Shown one piece after another: positions 1-12,182 of a stretch of DNA of 64,000 bases (position 1 is its first letter; each line of letters starts with the position of its first letter). Position numbers and translations under genes: made by a program. Source of the DNA: Macrostomum lignano (Eukaryota); the NCBI GenBank assembly GCA_002269645.1, contig NIVC01001001.1, positions 321,934-385,933 of the forward strand, given 5' to 3'. The notes beneath the pieces were generated by a model. The model was not told the origin of the DNA and did not search any database. It saw nothing but the letters and a program-made list of their open reading frames with translations.

Positions 1-1440
1 AAAGTCAGAAGCTACTTCAAAGTTCATGTACTTTACTCAATTTTTATTACATTCATTGTTGGCTCGCCACAGGGGGGGCGCTGATAGAAGCAGAGTCATG
101 TAAAAAATAAAAGTAGCACTATGTATACATATAAGAAAAGTCATGTCGAAGTTAAAAGATTCATTTGGGAATTGCTACAATGTCAAAGCTTGGTGGAAAT
201 CGTTATAGTGCTGTGATTCTTAAAGAAGGAAACACTAAAATGCCAAGGCTTAGGGGAGAAGAATTGCTGAGATTTCAAGGCTTTAGGTTGGGTTAAAGTT
301 AGGTTTAGGTCAGGTGTGGGTTGAGGGTTATATTTTATCGGGTTTCAAGGTTAACAGGGGATTTTTTTAGATTTCAAGATTTATGGGGGGCATCGCTGAC
401 ATGTCAAGGCTTACGGGGGGAATAGCTGAGATGTCAAGGCTCACGGGGGTATAAATGAGATTTCAAGGCTAAAGTCAGAAGCTACATGTAGTTTAATGAA
501 AACTTTTTATTACATTTTTGTTGGCTCCTCAGGGCTCACTGATAGAAAAAGCATAATGTAAAAAATAAAAGAAGCTTCATGTCGAATTTAAGAGATTCAT
601 TTGGGAATCCCCACGATGTCGAGGCTTGCAGGGAATCGCTATAACGCTGTAGTAGTGCTATAATGACTCAGAATTACTGAAATTTCAAAGCTTTAGGGTT
701 AGGTTAGGGTTAGGGTTAGGGTTAGGGTTAGGCTAGGGTTAGGGTTAGGGTTAGGGTTAGGCTAGGGTTAGGGTTAGGGTTAGGCTAGGGTTAGGGTTAG
801 AAGGTTGACAGATTTTTTTAGACTTCAAGGCTTATTTGGGGCATCGCTGAGATGTCAAGGGGGGGAGTTGATTTGTTAAAGCTTGTGGGGGGAATTACTG
901 GCATTTCAAGGCTTACAAGGGACTTCTGAGGTATATTGCAAAGAGATGCTACATGTAGTTTATTACAAAACTTGTACTGTATTTTTGGCTCCCTAACGCT
1001 AAGATACTAAGCTAAAAAATAATACTAGCTCTTCACAAACTTATGCAGATGTCAGGCTGTAGGGTTAGTGTTAGGGTTGGTATTAGGGTTTAGGTTTAGG
1101 GTTAGGTTCAGGGTTATTGCGTTAAGATTCGGGTTAGGGTTAGGGTTAGGGTAGCTTATAACTTGGCTCATTTAGCTTATTAAAAATGTTTATCATGGAA
1201 GCATCATGCAAAAATAATGGAAGCGTCATGCAAAAACAATGGAAGCGTCATGCCAAAAATCATAGAAGCATCGATCATGCAAAAACTCATGGACAAAATA
1301 TTGAATTTAGGGTTTTGGTTAGGGTTAGAATTTTGACAGGAGATTTTTTAAGATTTCAAGGCTACATGTAGCTTATTAAAAATACGTGTATTGCATTTCT
1401 TTGGCTCCCCAACGGGGGGCGTAGATTGCTAGTGTCAGAA
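1..1440 (+). repeat. Degenerate ~410-470 bp tandem repeat (3-4 units), each with TTAGGG-like tracts; subtelomere-like
   Basis: aaagtcagaagctac recurs at 1 and 471; gctacatgtag recurs at ~481, ~948 and ~1361. An internal ~30-bp subrepeat (atttcaaggct...ggggg) is present, with TTAGGG-like tracts at ~280-330, 693-800, 1055-1152 and ~1305-1330. Confidence 0.7.
693..800 (+). repeat. Interstitial telomeric repeat (TTAGGG)n with CTAGGG variants
   Basis: Direct reading: ttagggttaggttagggttagggttaggg...ggctagggttagggttag, about 18 hexamers. Confidence 0.95.
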
Positions 1441-1469
1441 CTATTTACATGCAAGGTCAAGATGATGAG

Positions 1470-1885
1470 GATAAAATGAAAGGGGAGGATGAAGGGAGAT
1501 GAAGGGAGATGAAGGGAGGATGAAGGGATAATAAAGAGAGGATGAAGAGAGGATGAAGAGAGGATGAAGGGACAATGAAGAAAGGATGAAGGGAGGATGA
1601 AGGGAGGATGAAGGGAGGATGAAGGGAAGATGAAGAGAATCTAGGGATAATGAAGGGAAGGTGAAGGGAGGATGAATGGAGGATGAAAGGAGGATGAAGG
1701 GATAATGAAGAGAGGATGAAGGGATAATGAAGAGAGGATGAAGGGAGGATGAAGGGAGGATGAGGGGAGGATGAAGGGAATCTAGGGATAATGAAGGGAA
1801 GGTGAAGGGAGGATGAAGGGAATCTAGGGATAATGAAGGGAAGGTGAAGGGAGGATGAAGGGAATCTAGAGATAATGAAGGGAGG
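1470..1885 (+). repeat. Purine-rich low-complexity repeat (GGATGAAGG/GA-like units)
   Basis: Repeated gaagggaggat/gaagagaggat units; this produces the spurious LPS-rich tail of ORF 1441..2022. Confidence 0.9.
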
Positions 1886-1910
1886 ACAAGAAGCTGAGAC
1901 GGCAACTCAC

Positions 1911-2393
1911 GCCCAGACGCGGCCAGGAAGTCCGGCAGTTCGAGTCCCCGGTCGCCCCAGGCCTCGGCCGAGTGGCGCTGCATGCCAGCCTCGATGCTGG
2001 CGAAGAAGTCGCGCAGCGTCATGGTCAGCGGCTTTGGGTGCCGCAGCAGCTCATAGTCGGCCTGACGAAGGCAGTAGGAGGCGGGTTAGGGGACAGCGGG
2101 ATTAAAATTGTGTGTAACTGCAGCGGCAAACAGTGCTCATGTTTGCCGACTGCAGGGTTAGAAAGTAAAAATAGAGTCAGCAGCAGGTTTGAATTTCACT
2201 TCAGCTGCTCACGTCAATGCAATTGGGGAGCGAGAATTCGCACTGCCGCCTTATATGGTGAGCGAAGCCATTTCTGAATGCAATAGCTGAGCTGGAAAAC
2301 TGATAGCTACTGGTATTGGATTGATTAGCAATAAATATGCGAGATGGGAATGCAAAAGTTGCTGTTAAACACTTATATGCTGACGGACAGACT

Positions 2394-2441
<48 letters not shown>

Positions 2442-2592
2442 GGCAGGCAGGCAGGCAGGCAGGCAGACAGACAGACAGCCAGACAGACAGACAGACAGAC
2501 AGACAGGCAGACAGACAGACAGACAGACAGACAGGCAGACAGACAGACAGGCAGACAGGCAGGCAGGCAGATAGACAGCCAGACAGACAGGC

Positions 2593-2629
<37 letters not shown>

Positions 2630-3121
2630 GGCAGACAGGCAGGCAGGCAGGCAGGCAGACAGACAGACAGGCAGGCAGGCAGACAGGCAGGCAGACAGGC
2701 AGACAGACGGGCAGACACCCGGACTCACAGGCGGTGCAAACACCCGATGAAACCCGATGAACGCTGCTCCACCGGACCCGCCGCCAGGTCGGCCGCCGTC
2801 GTTACCAGCCGCCGCTGTGATTCGCTTCAATTGCAGTCCGAAATTCGCGTCGCGGGACGCGTAGTTAGTGGGATAAAATACGCTGACGCTGGCCATCCGA
2901 TTGGCGCAAGCGGCCGAGGCTGTCCGGACCGTCTGCCTGTTGATGGGGACGAACAGGGAGTCGAGCCGGAGCAGGTAGCACCGGCCCTGACGGCCCATGG
3001 AGGACCAGAAGTAATCGCCGACTGACGCGGACAGGCGTTGACGCCGCGGCTGCGACAGACTTGCCGCGGCAAAGTAGATCTCCGAGTCATTGCGACTGAC
3101 CGCCTCTTCTAGTTGCTCCAT
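1911..3121 (-). CDS. Uncharacterised protein, first two coding exons (3121-2729; 2061-1911); gene continues leftwards
   Basis: GC-rich open frames. Exon 1 ends ccgcct|gtgagt (phase 0), exon 2 starts tcgtcag|gccgac in the same frame and ends gggc|gtgagt. Spliced product: MEQLEEAVSR...FIGFHRVFAPP-ADYELLRHPKPLTMTLRDFFASIEAGMQRH...LAASG. Family not recognised. Confidence 0.6.
2384..2715 (+). repeat. (GACA/GGCA)n microsatellite in the intron of the unknown gene
   Basis: Direct reading. Confidence 0.95.
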
Positions 3122-3202
3122 CGGTTATAGGAAGAGTTGCAGTGTCGATGGTCTGCCTGGTTTTAAATAAAAGCATTTGGGCAATTCTGTAGAAAATTCG
3201 CT

Positions 3203-3365
3203 GTCTGACAGGGGATACTTGTGTGTCTGACAGGGGATGCCTGTGTGTCTGACAGGGGATGCCTGTGTGTCTGACAGGGGATGCCTGTGTGTCTGACAGG
3301 GGATGCCTGTGTGTCTGACAGGGGATGCCTCTGTGTCTGACAGGGGATGCCTGTGTGTCTGACAG
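3203..3365 (+). repeat. 22-bp minisatellite (gtgtgtctgacaggggatgcct), ~7 copies
   Basis: Direct reading of tandem copies. Confidence 0.9.
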
Positions 3366-6300
3366 GATGTGTGTCTGCCTGTGCTTATCGAATTACACAG
3401 AAGAGAAGGTGTGCTTCCAACAGGAAATTCTTTTGTCACACTTGGTTCGAACATCAGCATTTATTACCATCGGTAGCATTTTCTGCTCAATTTTTTCCGA
3501 CGTAATGAGCGCTTAAAAAGATTGCGCGATTTCTTATAAATTCTAGTCGTCAGGCAGAAGAGCATGCATGCCCTGCCCGGCTGGCCTCAAGCTCTTAGCA
3601 AGGGGCGCGGACGCATGAAATCGTACTGTACCAACCAAGCCCGGCATTGCAAATGCAAGCGGCAAGAACTGTGAAGAACTGCTAGAGGCCGCGACCGCCT
3701 CCCCTGCCCCCCACCACCCCGCGGAGAAACACGCGAGCGCACGCGCGCCAAAGTGCAGTGCAGCAGCGGCAGCAGCTTGCATTCTAAGCCAATAAGAAGT
3801 GTAGAATGTAGGCCTTTTGACCCTCCCCGCCCTGACAAATAAATGTACAGTGTAGAGAAAATGCGCTCCTGACGTTCCCCCCCCGCGCTACAGGGGGAGG
3901 GGGTGATAATAAGATGGGGGTTGGCCAAGTTCAGGGCAAATCAAGTGTACACTGGAATGAGGGGCGGGGGGGCGATGGACCAGGAATGTACAATTTACAA
4001 TGTACATGTTTAGCCGTGTGGAATATTTCAAGGGCGGGCTTACAAAGCGCATTCATTTAAACCAAATCTAAAAGAAACGGGGGTTCTCCCCAACAGCTCC
4101 CCGCCTCGCTATGCACGCAACGGAGCCAACAACCCCCTGGGCCCCACCACCCCTCCCAACAAGCGCTCGGAACACCGCCTCAACACAGGCGCACACACAT
4201 GGTCGCAGCCGCCAACCCCCCTCTATTCCGATCCTTGGACTCGCCAGTCGACCATTTGAAAGCAAAAAAAATTGTGGAAAGAAGAGTCAGAACGGGAACA
4301 CACGCCGTCGTTTCAGTTGCTTACGTACCAATCTTCTTGGCTTTCAGTTTTTTGGCCAATATTTGATGCATAGTATGAGCAATTATGCAGGGGTACGTGT
4401 CATTGTATCGATATAACACGGTTTTAAACTTAGCTTAGAGAATCATTTTGATTAGAAAAGGAAATATTCGTCTTACAAAATTAGCGAAAAAGATACGCTG
4501 ATTTAAAATTATAATCCTTTAATAAAGAGGCCAATTTCCCGATGTACTCATGTACTCATTTACTCATGTAAAACGTTCTGACAACTGACGAATGGATGAC
4601 CGGATCGCAATAAAATTAATCATACTATAATACATTCGAAGAAAGCACCGTTTTCGGACTCTTAATCAAACTTTAACATTCTACTCTTTTGGGCTGACCA
4701 AAATTTGGAAATTTGATTAGTTGTCTAAAATGAACAAGTAACTAGTATAACTCCTGATGCCACCGTCACAGATTAATTATAACCAGAGATTAGTAAAATT
4801 CTGAACAAGAAAACAAGAAACCTAGTTTATCATTGTGTCGTATATCGAATCAAACGTTACAGAGAAGAGCAGAATAACTTACTTTAATCTGAAGTACGGT
4901 AGACTCAGCTTCGAATTATATTCAGAAAAATCTCAACAAATAACAGCAATGTCTGGAAGCTTATCTTAATCCTTTTCGAATCTGAATGTCTTGAAGAGGG
5001 TTCGGCAGTTTGCTAAAACTTCAATGCAATTTTGCTCAACATATAGGTACCTTTTTCACCACTAAATACGGGGGGGGACGCACGCACGTACACCTTAATA
5101 CAGAACATTACACTTTAAGCCAACGCGCCCACGGCTCTTAAAAAAATCAGGCGGACAGGGAGGCCAGCGAGAGCGTGCGGGTGGACGTGGGGAGAGGGGT
5201 GGGGGTTGGGGCTGCGCGGACGGGGTTGAGGGGGTAAGGGCCTGAGCTGGAACACTAGGAGCTGGAACAGGCCATGCAGAGGGCGACTGTACACCAGTGG
5301 GTAATGGGGTGGTTGGCCTGCTGAACATTAACTTGGAGGGTGAAATGTACACACAGACCATTATAGACGGGTGCAAAGCCAAGCGAAGGCTAAGCAAAAC
5401 GTTTCTAAAGCGTAGGAAAGTAAAAAAAGTAATAAAAGCAATTAGAGCACTTATTATTAATTAACTGGGGGATAAGCTAAACAGCGTACTACACTACCAT
5501 TTAGAGTAATTAAAATTAAAGCACAAAATTTAACAATTATCACTGGTTAGTGGTTCCTCAATTCGAACTGTGATATGAACTCAGGTTAAAGGCCATGCAG
5601 GTTCGGTGCAACTTCTAAAGACAAAATGAGCATATAAGCTCAGAGGTTAGACTGTACAGCAACTCGAAACCCAAGAGTACAGTACACTGATGCCCCTGTA
5701 CACTTAAGGACAGATGTACCGCATATCAATGCTAAACTGTTACATATATTTAAGCCTAACAGATTTTGCCACCTTGAAAATTTCTCACACTAATACACAC
5801 GCTAACACCGGGCCCTAAGCCTAAGCTGTTGCAGACAAAAATTCTGTGAAAATTGAGAAAAACAAGAAAAACAGAACAATCATTTACATAGTTTTGCTTT
5901 TCCGCGCTAGCACACACACGCACACAGGAACAGCAGTTGCAGAAACTCTTAAGAGAGGATATATAATAAGATTAATAGTAATGAAGCTTTATATATTATT
6001 GTTGCAAACTTTAAATAATTATAGGCAAACTGCAATTTAAATTTATATGCGCATATACACAATAATACAGTATTAGATTAGTGTAATCTGACTGATAATG
6101 GGAGGCCATAACTATTAAAACAAAAAAGAAACCATGTTTATCAATACACACAATTTAAACAGCAAAATGGCAGGTTTTTTGTTAAATGCAATAGCAAATG
6201 TCTATTAGATAAATATTACTGATATATCTAATAAACATTATTAATTACTCGCATTTCACACTGTCTTTTTACCATAGAAATTGTTTTTTTAGTATACTAT

Positions 6301-6875
6301 AGGACACAGCTACTGAGAGTAGTATAAGTAAGGCCTTGGTGCATTATAATTCAATATTTATTTAGTTATTAATAATACAGATATACTAGTAATCATCAGT
6401 TCAGAGGCATACACATATTATCTGTGCAAATTGTAAATGCAGTAAGAAACACTAAATAATAACAATAATAGCGTTAGATTATTAATTTAAGGAAATCATT
6501 GTACAATTTACAGATCATGATCTATCAATTTTATCGTTTCTTTTAATAGAGAAGCAATTATTAATCGAAATTTACAAAATATGGTACTAATAAAAAAGCT
6601 TTAAAAAACCTGCCTAAAATATGAAGGTAAATCTTCTGCAACCAAAATAAATATTGAAACTACAGTGATGGGCGCAAATAATGCCATTATAAACTGCCTG
6701 GCCGTTTGTATAAGTGATTCAGAACCAGAGCGCACACTCCAAAAGTACAATTATAAAAGGTACAATTATTAATATAATGTTGAAAAATTAAACCTAAAAG
6801 CCAGAATAAATATTAAAACATGTTTAGATATATTTGGTGCCATACTTTCCGCAACTTTTAATGATGATTATTCGC

Positions 6876-7212
6876 TGGGACGGGGTTAGAGAGTACAGTG
6901 ATGGCTGGGAGGGGTTAGAGAGTACAGTGATGGCTGGGAGGGGTTAGAGAGTACAGTGATGGCTGGGAGGGGTTAGAGAGTACAGTGATCGCTGGGAGGG
7001 GTTAGAGAGTACAGTGAGCTGGGAGGGGTTAGAGAGTACAGTGGCGGCTGGGAGGGGTTAGAGAGTACAGTGGCGGCTGGGAGGGGGTTAGAGAGTACAG
7101 TGATGGCTGGGAGGGATTAGAGAGTACAGTGGCGGCTGGGAGGGGGTTAGAGAGTACAGTGATGGCTGGGAGGGATTAGAGAGTACAGTGGCCGCTGGGG
7201 GGGTTAGAGAGT
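6876..7212 (+). repeat. 29-bp G-rich minisatellite (gggaggggttagagagtacagtgatggct), ~11 copies
   Basis: Direct reading; each unit contains the telomere-like GGGGTTAG. Confidence 0.9.
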
Positions 7213-7848
7213 TGACATATTCGTTATATTAGTTTTGGCCTCAAACTGACAAAAAGTGCATCCAAAAAAGAAAGTGCCAACGTACACAGAGTCTATACAG
7301 AAGATGAAGGAATATTCAAGTTCAGAGCTAATGGTATCTTTGAGAAAAATATTTTACAGACAGGAATAAACTAATTACACAAGTTGGCTTGATTGCACTG
7401 CGACTAATTAACAAATTTAAAAAAGCAATCGGCAAAACTGACCATTTTTTCAATTGAAGGATTTACTGTTATTGCAAGGTGCACTTAGCATTGAAGAAAA
7501 AGATATTGACAAGCTAGCAAAGCAAAGCAAAACAGGCAACGATTTTAAGAAGAATTTCTAATAAAAATCCGCTATAAATTTTATTGAATAATAAAAAAAC
7601 TGATTCAGAACAATAATTTACATAGCATATACACGCACTATACATAGTGGGGGTTATGATTACGTAAATATAACTTTTTTTATTAAATATTATAAATATG
7701 ATTTGTTGCTAAAAAGAGGCAGCGAGTGAGAGACAGGCAGACAGAAGAAGAATTAAAAACATCTAAAACTCTTTTCTTAAACAGGTTTCTCAAGTCTGTT
7801 TAACATTAGCATTATAATATTAATATTAAATTGTTAATTAGTGAATCA

Positions 7849-10800
7849 TCAGAGCGTAGTGTACGTGAGTTCCTGACGGTCCAGTCCAGATGCAGCGCCG
7901 CTAGCAGAGGAGGCTGAGACAGCGCCGCCAGCGGAGGAGACGGCCACGGTGAGGGCGGGAAGGCCGGAGACGGCCTGAATGGCGCCGCCGGGTCCACCGG
8001 AGATGGCGGCAGCGGCGGCAACGGAGCTGGCCAGCTGGCTGGGGTCGGACACCAGCAGCAGGTTGGTGAAGTTCGGGAAGCCCAGCTGCTGACCGCTGAT
8101 CAACTGGAAGGAGGGAGCCACGGCCGCTGCGGTGCCCCAGGGATCCGTTGGCGCACTCGGCGCCCCGCTGGCGCCGCCTCCGGCTGTCGCGGCGGCTGCG
8201 GCTGCGGCGGCCGGCTGATAATAGAGAGGCTGACACAGCTGCCACTCGCCTTGCTGGTTCATCACAGCGTATTGGGGAGTTCCGGCGAATGACGTGATGT
8301 TGGGGAGGCTGGCAATGACCGCCTGCTGCTGCTGTTGCTGCTGCTGCTGCTGTTGGTGATGCAGCATCTGCTGCTGCTGCTGCTGATGCACAAGCTGCTG
8401 CTGTTGAAATACCTGCTGGAAATAGAGAACATATTGTTCTACATCGGTATAATAACAATTGACAAAAACCTCCCAAGTCACAGAGAGTGTAAATGCCTGA
8501 CAATGAGAAAATCAGAGCCCCTGTACACCCTGTATGAGCGTGCACTTGTTTGCCATATCCATTAGACATACCTGTTGCTGCTGTTGCTGCTGCTGTTCTT
8601 GCTGCTTCATTGTGGCAACTTGTAGAAGCGCAGGCTGCTGCTGCTGCTGCTGTTGCTGGGCGGACTTGGCACCTCGACCTGATTTACTACGCTTTCCACT
8701 ATTCGAAGACGCCGGCCCACTTTGGCCAGATAAAGCAGCTTTGCTTTTGCCTTTGCCCTTGCCTTTGCCGCCGCCGCTGCTGCTGCCGGCGACGCCAATT
8801 TCGTCGGCAGCGACTTCGCCAACTGTAACGGCGCCTGTAGTAGCGTCGGTGCCGTTGGCGCCTGCGCCTGCGGCGGCTGCTGCCGCGGCTTCTGCTTTCC
8901 GTTTGCGTCGACGCTCGGCTTTGAGCACAGATTTGGGATCGGGCTGGCTCACCCGCATCTCAGTGTAGTCTGTGAATACCTGGCCAAGCGATGAGGATTG
9001 GCATTGATGAGATTGAGGATGTCACTGCTGCAGGTCTGTTACCTAGCCAGTACTATTCGTGAACGATGAGTAGATGCTAACAGGTAAATGAGCAGAGGAT
9101 GAGCAGACTCAATGAGCAGAGAAAGAGCAGAATCAATGAGCAGAAAATGAGCATACTCAATGAGCAGATTCAATGAGCAGAATCAATGAGCAGAACATGA
9201 GCATACTCAATGAGCAGACTCTACTCAATGAGCAGAATCAATGAGCAGAATCAATGTGCAGAGCATGAGCAGACTCAATGAGCAGACATGAGCAGATTCA
9301 ATGAGCAGAGCATGAGCACTCAATGAGCACAGAATTAAAAAGACGAGATGACATTAACACAGACAAGAGGTTTAATCGACTAATTTATCAGCTCACCAGC
9401 TCAGCGTCGGGCACAGGGCCTGTCCTGCCCAAGATTTGGTCTCGCATTTTGCGCAGAGCAATGTAGAACGGCAGTTTATCTGCAGCTCTGGGCAGCTGGG
9501 CGCACCTGGCACTGGAGGAGGGCATCACGAATACCGCGATGTCGTCTGTGCCAGACAGAGGGCCCGGCTGCTTGCCCATGTAGAAATTCTTGTTGCCAAC
9601 AAATGCCTCGTAGATGCCTGCGGGAGGGAGACGGCAGCTTCTCTGCAGTAGATTGAGAACCTCACCCTCACATCGTAGAGAGTCTCAGATAGAATAGAGA
9701 AAAATCTTAACCCCATGATTCTATAGGGGAGAATCTCACTCTTAAAATTTCGTAGAGAGGGTATCTCACCCTAAGATTGCATAGAATAGTCTCAGTCTCA
9801 CCCCTAAGACTGCATAGAGCAGAATCTCACCCATAAGACTGCATAGAGGAGAATCTCCCCCATAAGATTGCATAGAGTCTCACCCTTAAGATTGCATAGA
9901 GGAAAATCTCACCCCTAAGATTGCATAAAGGAGAATCCCACTCTTAAGGTTTGATAGAGACAGTATCTCACCCTGAGATTTTTAGATATAGACATTTAGA
10001 CTCTTAGAGGTTAAAAATCTTACCCATAGACTTAGTGTTAAGAATATCACCCATAGACTTTAAGGCTAGCAACCTGACCAGTATATGTACACCCGAAGAG
10101 CAAAGTAGTGCTAGCTTACCTTTGCCATTGAAGACAGCAATTTTCGGTTTGTGCCGTGTCAGCTTTGTTAACAGTATCTCAGCTGCTTCTTTCATCTCTT
10201 TCCTGCATTAAATATGATATAACAAAAACTGCTGTATAATGATTTTTTCGATACATATCGGCTAAAAATTAAACAAGCAGTTGTACAGGCTTCTTACCTG
10301 GTCAAATCGGCGGCCCCTTTGATCGGGCGGGTGACGACGTTGGTAAAACCGATGCCGAACTGACAGATCCGATAGTCGTCATGGCAACTAAGCTGGTCGC
10401 TGATAAGCCCGCTCTCGGTAAGACAGGACCAGAAGTGGTTGCCAGGGCCCGCATAGTGATGCCCGGAGTACACGGCAGATAACATGGGGTTGAGGCCGAT
10501 CTGGGAGGTCAGAGAGCTGCTTACCGTGAGACTGTGAGACGGCGACTCAAAGCACACAGGTACTCACCACTACAATGTCCAGGCCGTCAGCGAGGTAGTC
10601 TGGTAGGGCGGTGATGGTGCTGGGCAACGGCTGGTTTTGCTCGTCCACCAGCAGCTGGCTGCGGAACTTCTCGCAGTGGGGACAGGCGCCGATAGCGTTC
10701 AGCTCCAGGCGCTGGCGCTTCGTCAGCAGGCTGCAATTGGAGGGCTGGCTGTGTCAGCTGGGTCAGTGGCTGTGTCAGCTTGGTGTGTGGCTGTGTCAGC

Positions 10801-11923
10801 TGGGTGTGTGGCTGTGTCAGCTGGGTATGTGGTTGTGTCAGCTAGGTGAGTGGCTGTGTCATGCAGCTGGGTATGTGGCTGTGTCAGCTGGGTGTGTGGC
10901 TGTGTCAGCTGGGTGTGTGGCTGTGTCAGCTGGGTATGTGGTTGTGTCAGCTGGGTGAGTGGCTGTGTCATGCAGCTGGGTATGTGGCTGTGTCAGCTGG
11001 GTGTGTTGCTGTGTCAGCTGGGTATGTGGTTGTGTCAGCTGGGTGAGTGGCTGTGTCGGCTGGGTGAGTGGCTGTGTCAGCTGGGTGAGTGGCTGTGTCA
11101 GCTGGGTGAGTGGCTGTGTCAGCTGGGTGAGTGGCTGTGTCAGCTGGGTGAGTGGCTGTGTCATGCAGCTGGGTATGTGGCTGTGTCAGCTGGGTGTGTG
11201 GCTGTGTCAGCTGGGTGTGTGGCTGTCAGCTGGGTATGTGGTTGTGTCAGCTGGGCGGGTGGCTGTGTCAGCTGGGTGTGTGGCTGTGTCAGTTGGGTGG
11301 GTGGCTGTGTCAGTTAAGTAGGTGGCTGTGTCAGCTGGTTGGCTGTGTCAGCTGGGTGGCTGTGTCAGCTGGGTGGCTGTGTCAGCTGGGTGGCTGTCAG
11401 TTGGGTGGGTGGCTGTGTCAGCTGTGTGTGGCTGTGTCATTTGGGTGGGTGGCTGTGTCAGCTGGGTGGGTGGCTGTGTCAGCTTGGTGAGTGGCTGTGT
11501 CAGCTAGTTGGCTGTGTCAGCAGACAGCAAATGGGTAGCACCTGACCTTTCCACATTTTTGGCTCCAGATGGTATCACAATAGGTTTGTTCATAAGCTGC
11601 TGCTGCTGTTGCTGCTGCTGATGCTGCTGCAAAAGCATCAGGTGCTGCTGCTGCTGTTGCTGCGGAGTGGCCGGAGGGGTCGGCAGGTGCACAGAGGTCA
11701 CAGATGAGCTGGGCTGAGACACGGGACTCATGAGATGATTGACTTGATGTTGCTGCTGCTGTGGCTGCTGAATGATCACGCCAGACTGCTGTTCTCCGTT
11801 AACCATGCCGTTACCAGGGACATTTTGAACAATCACTGGTTGCTGCTGCTGCTGCTGGGCATAGGAGACCGCTGAGCCGGTGTGGTGATAAGCAGGTGTG
11901 AAAGTCTGTCCAGCTGCACTCAT
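7849..11923 (-). CDS. TDG: Thymine-DNA glycosylase (family-2 UDG) paralog A, ~673 aa; exons 11923-11547, 10730-10568, 10500-10298, 10202-10120, 9617-9397, 8979-8572, 8415-7849
   Basis: The spliced core [40 protein letters not shown]...GIGFTNVV...KIAVFNGKGIYEAF...VMPSSSARCAQLPRAADKLPFYIALRKMRDQI matches TDG motifs (GxNP, GHHY, GIGFTN, AVFNGK, MPSSSAR). All introns are GT-AG, phases are consistent, and total CDS length 2022 nt is divisible by 3. Confidence 0.93.
9085..9330. repeat. ~13-bp minisatellite (tcaatgagcagaa) in TDG-A intron 5
   Basis: Direct reading. Confidence 0.9.
9660..9980. repeat. ~29-bp minisatellite (tctcacccctaagattgcatagaggagaa) in TDG-A intron 4
   Basis: Direct reading. 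Confidence 0.85.
10740..11520. repeat. 16-21-bp minisatellite (ggctgtgtcagctgggtgagt) filling TDG-A intron 1
   Basis: Direct reading; source of the many WLCQLG/TQLTQP ORFs. Confidence 0.95.
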
Positions 11924-12182
11924 AATTGCTTAATAGTCAATAAAAAAATTCTGCTCGAGTTCACTTGTTTCTCTGCCGTACTGCGATGAAATTTTCTTTT
12001 TTCAATAAATATATTTTATCAATATTAAGGGTCGTTAAGGCCCGGTTTATCAGTTATAATCGAATATCGAGTTGCAACTTGGTAAAAGAATACAAGCAGC
12101 CTGAAATTGTGTTTTGTTAATGACGATTAATTCAAGTGTGTCTTTGAAAGCGAATTAAATAACAATTATAGAGGCAAGATTT

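Noticed and set aside
3540-5400. GC-rich patches and short ORFs that might be a decayed retroelement or gene
   Set aside because: No RT, endonuclease or transposase motif, terminal repeats or consistent splice structure could be established.
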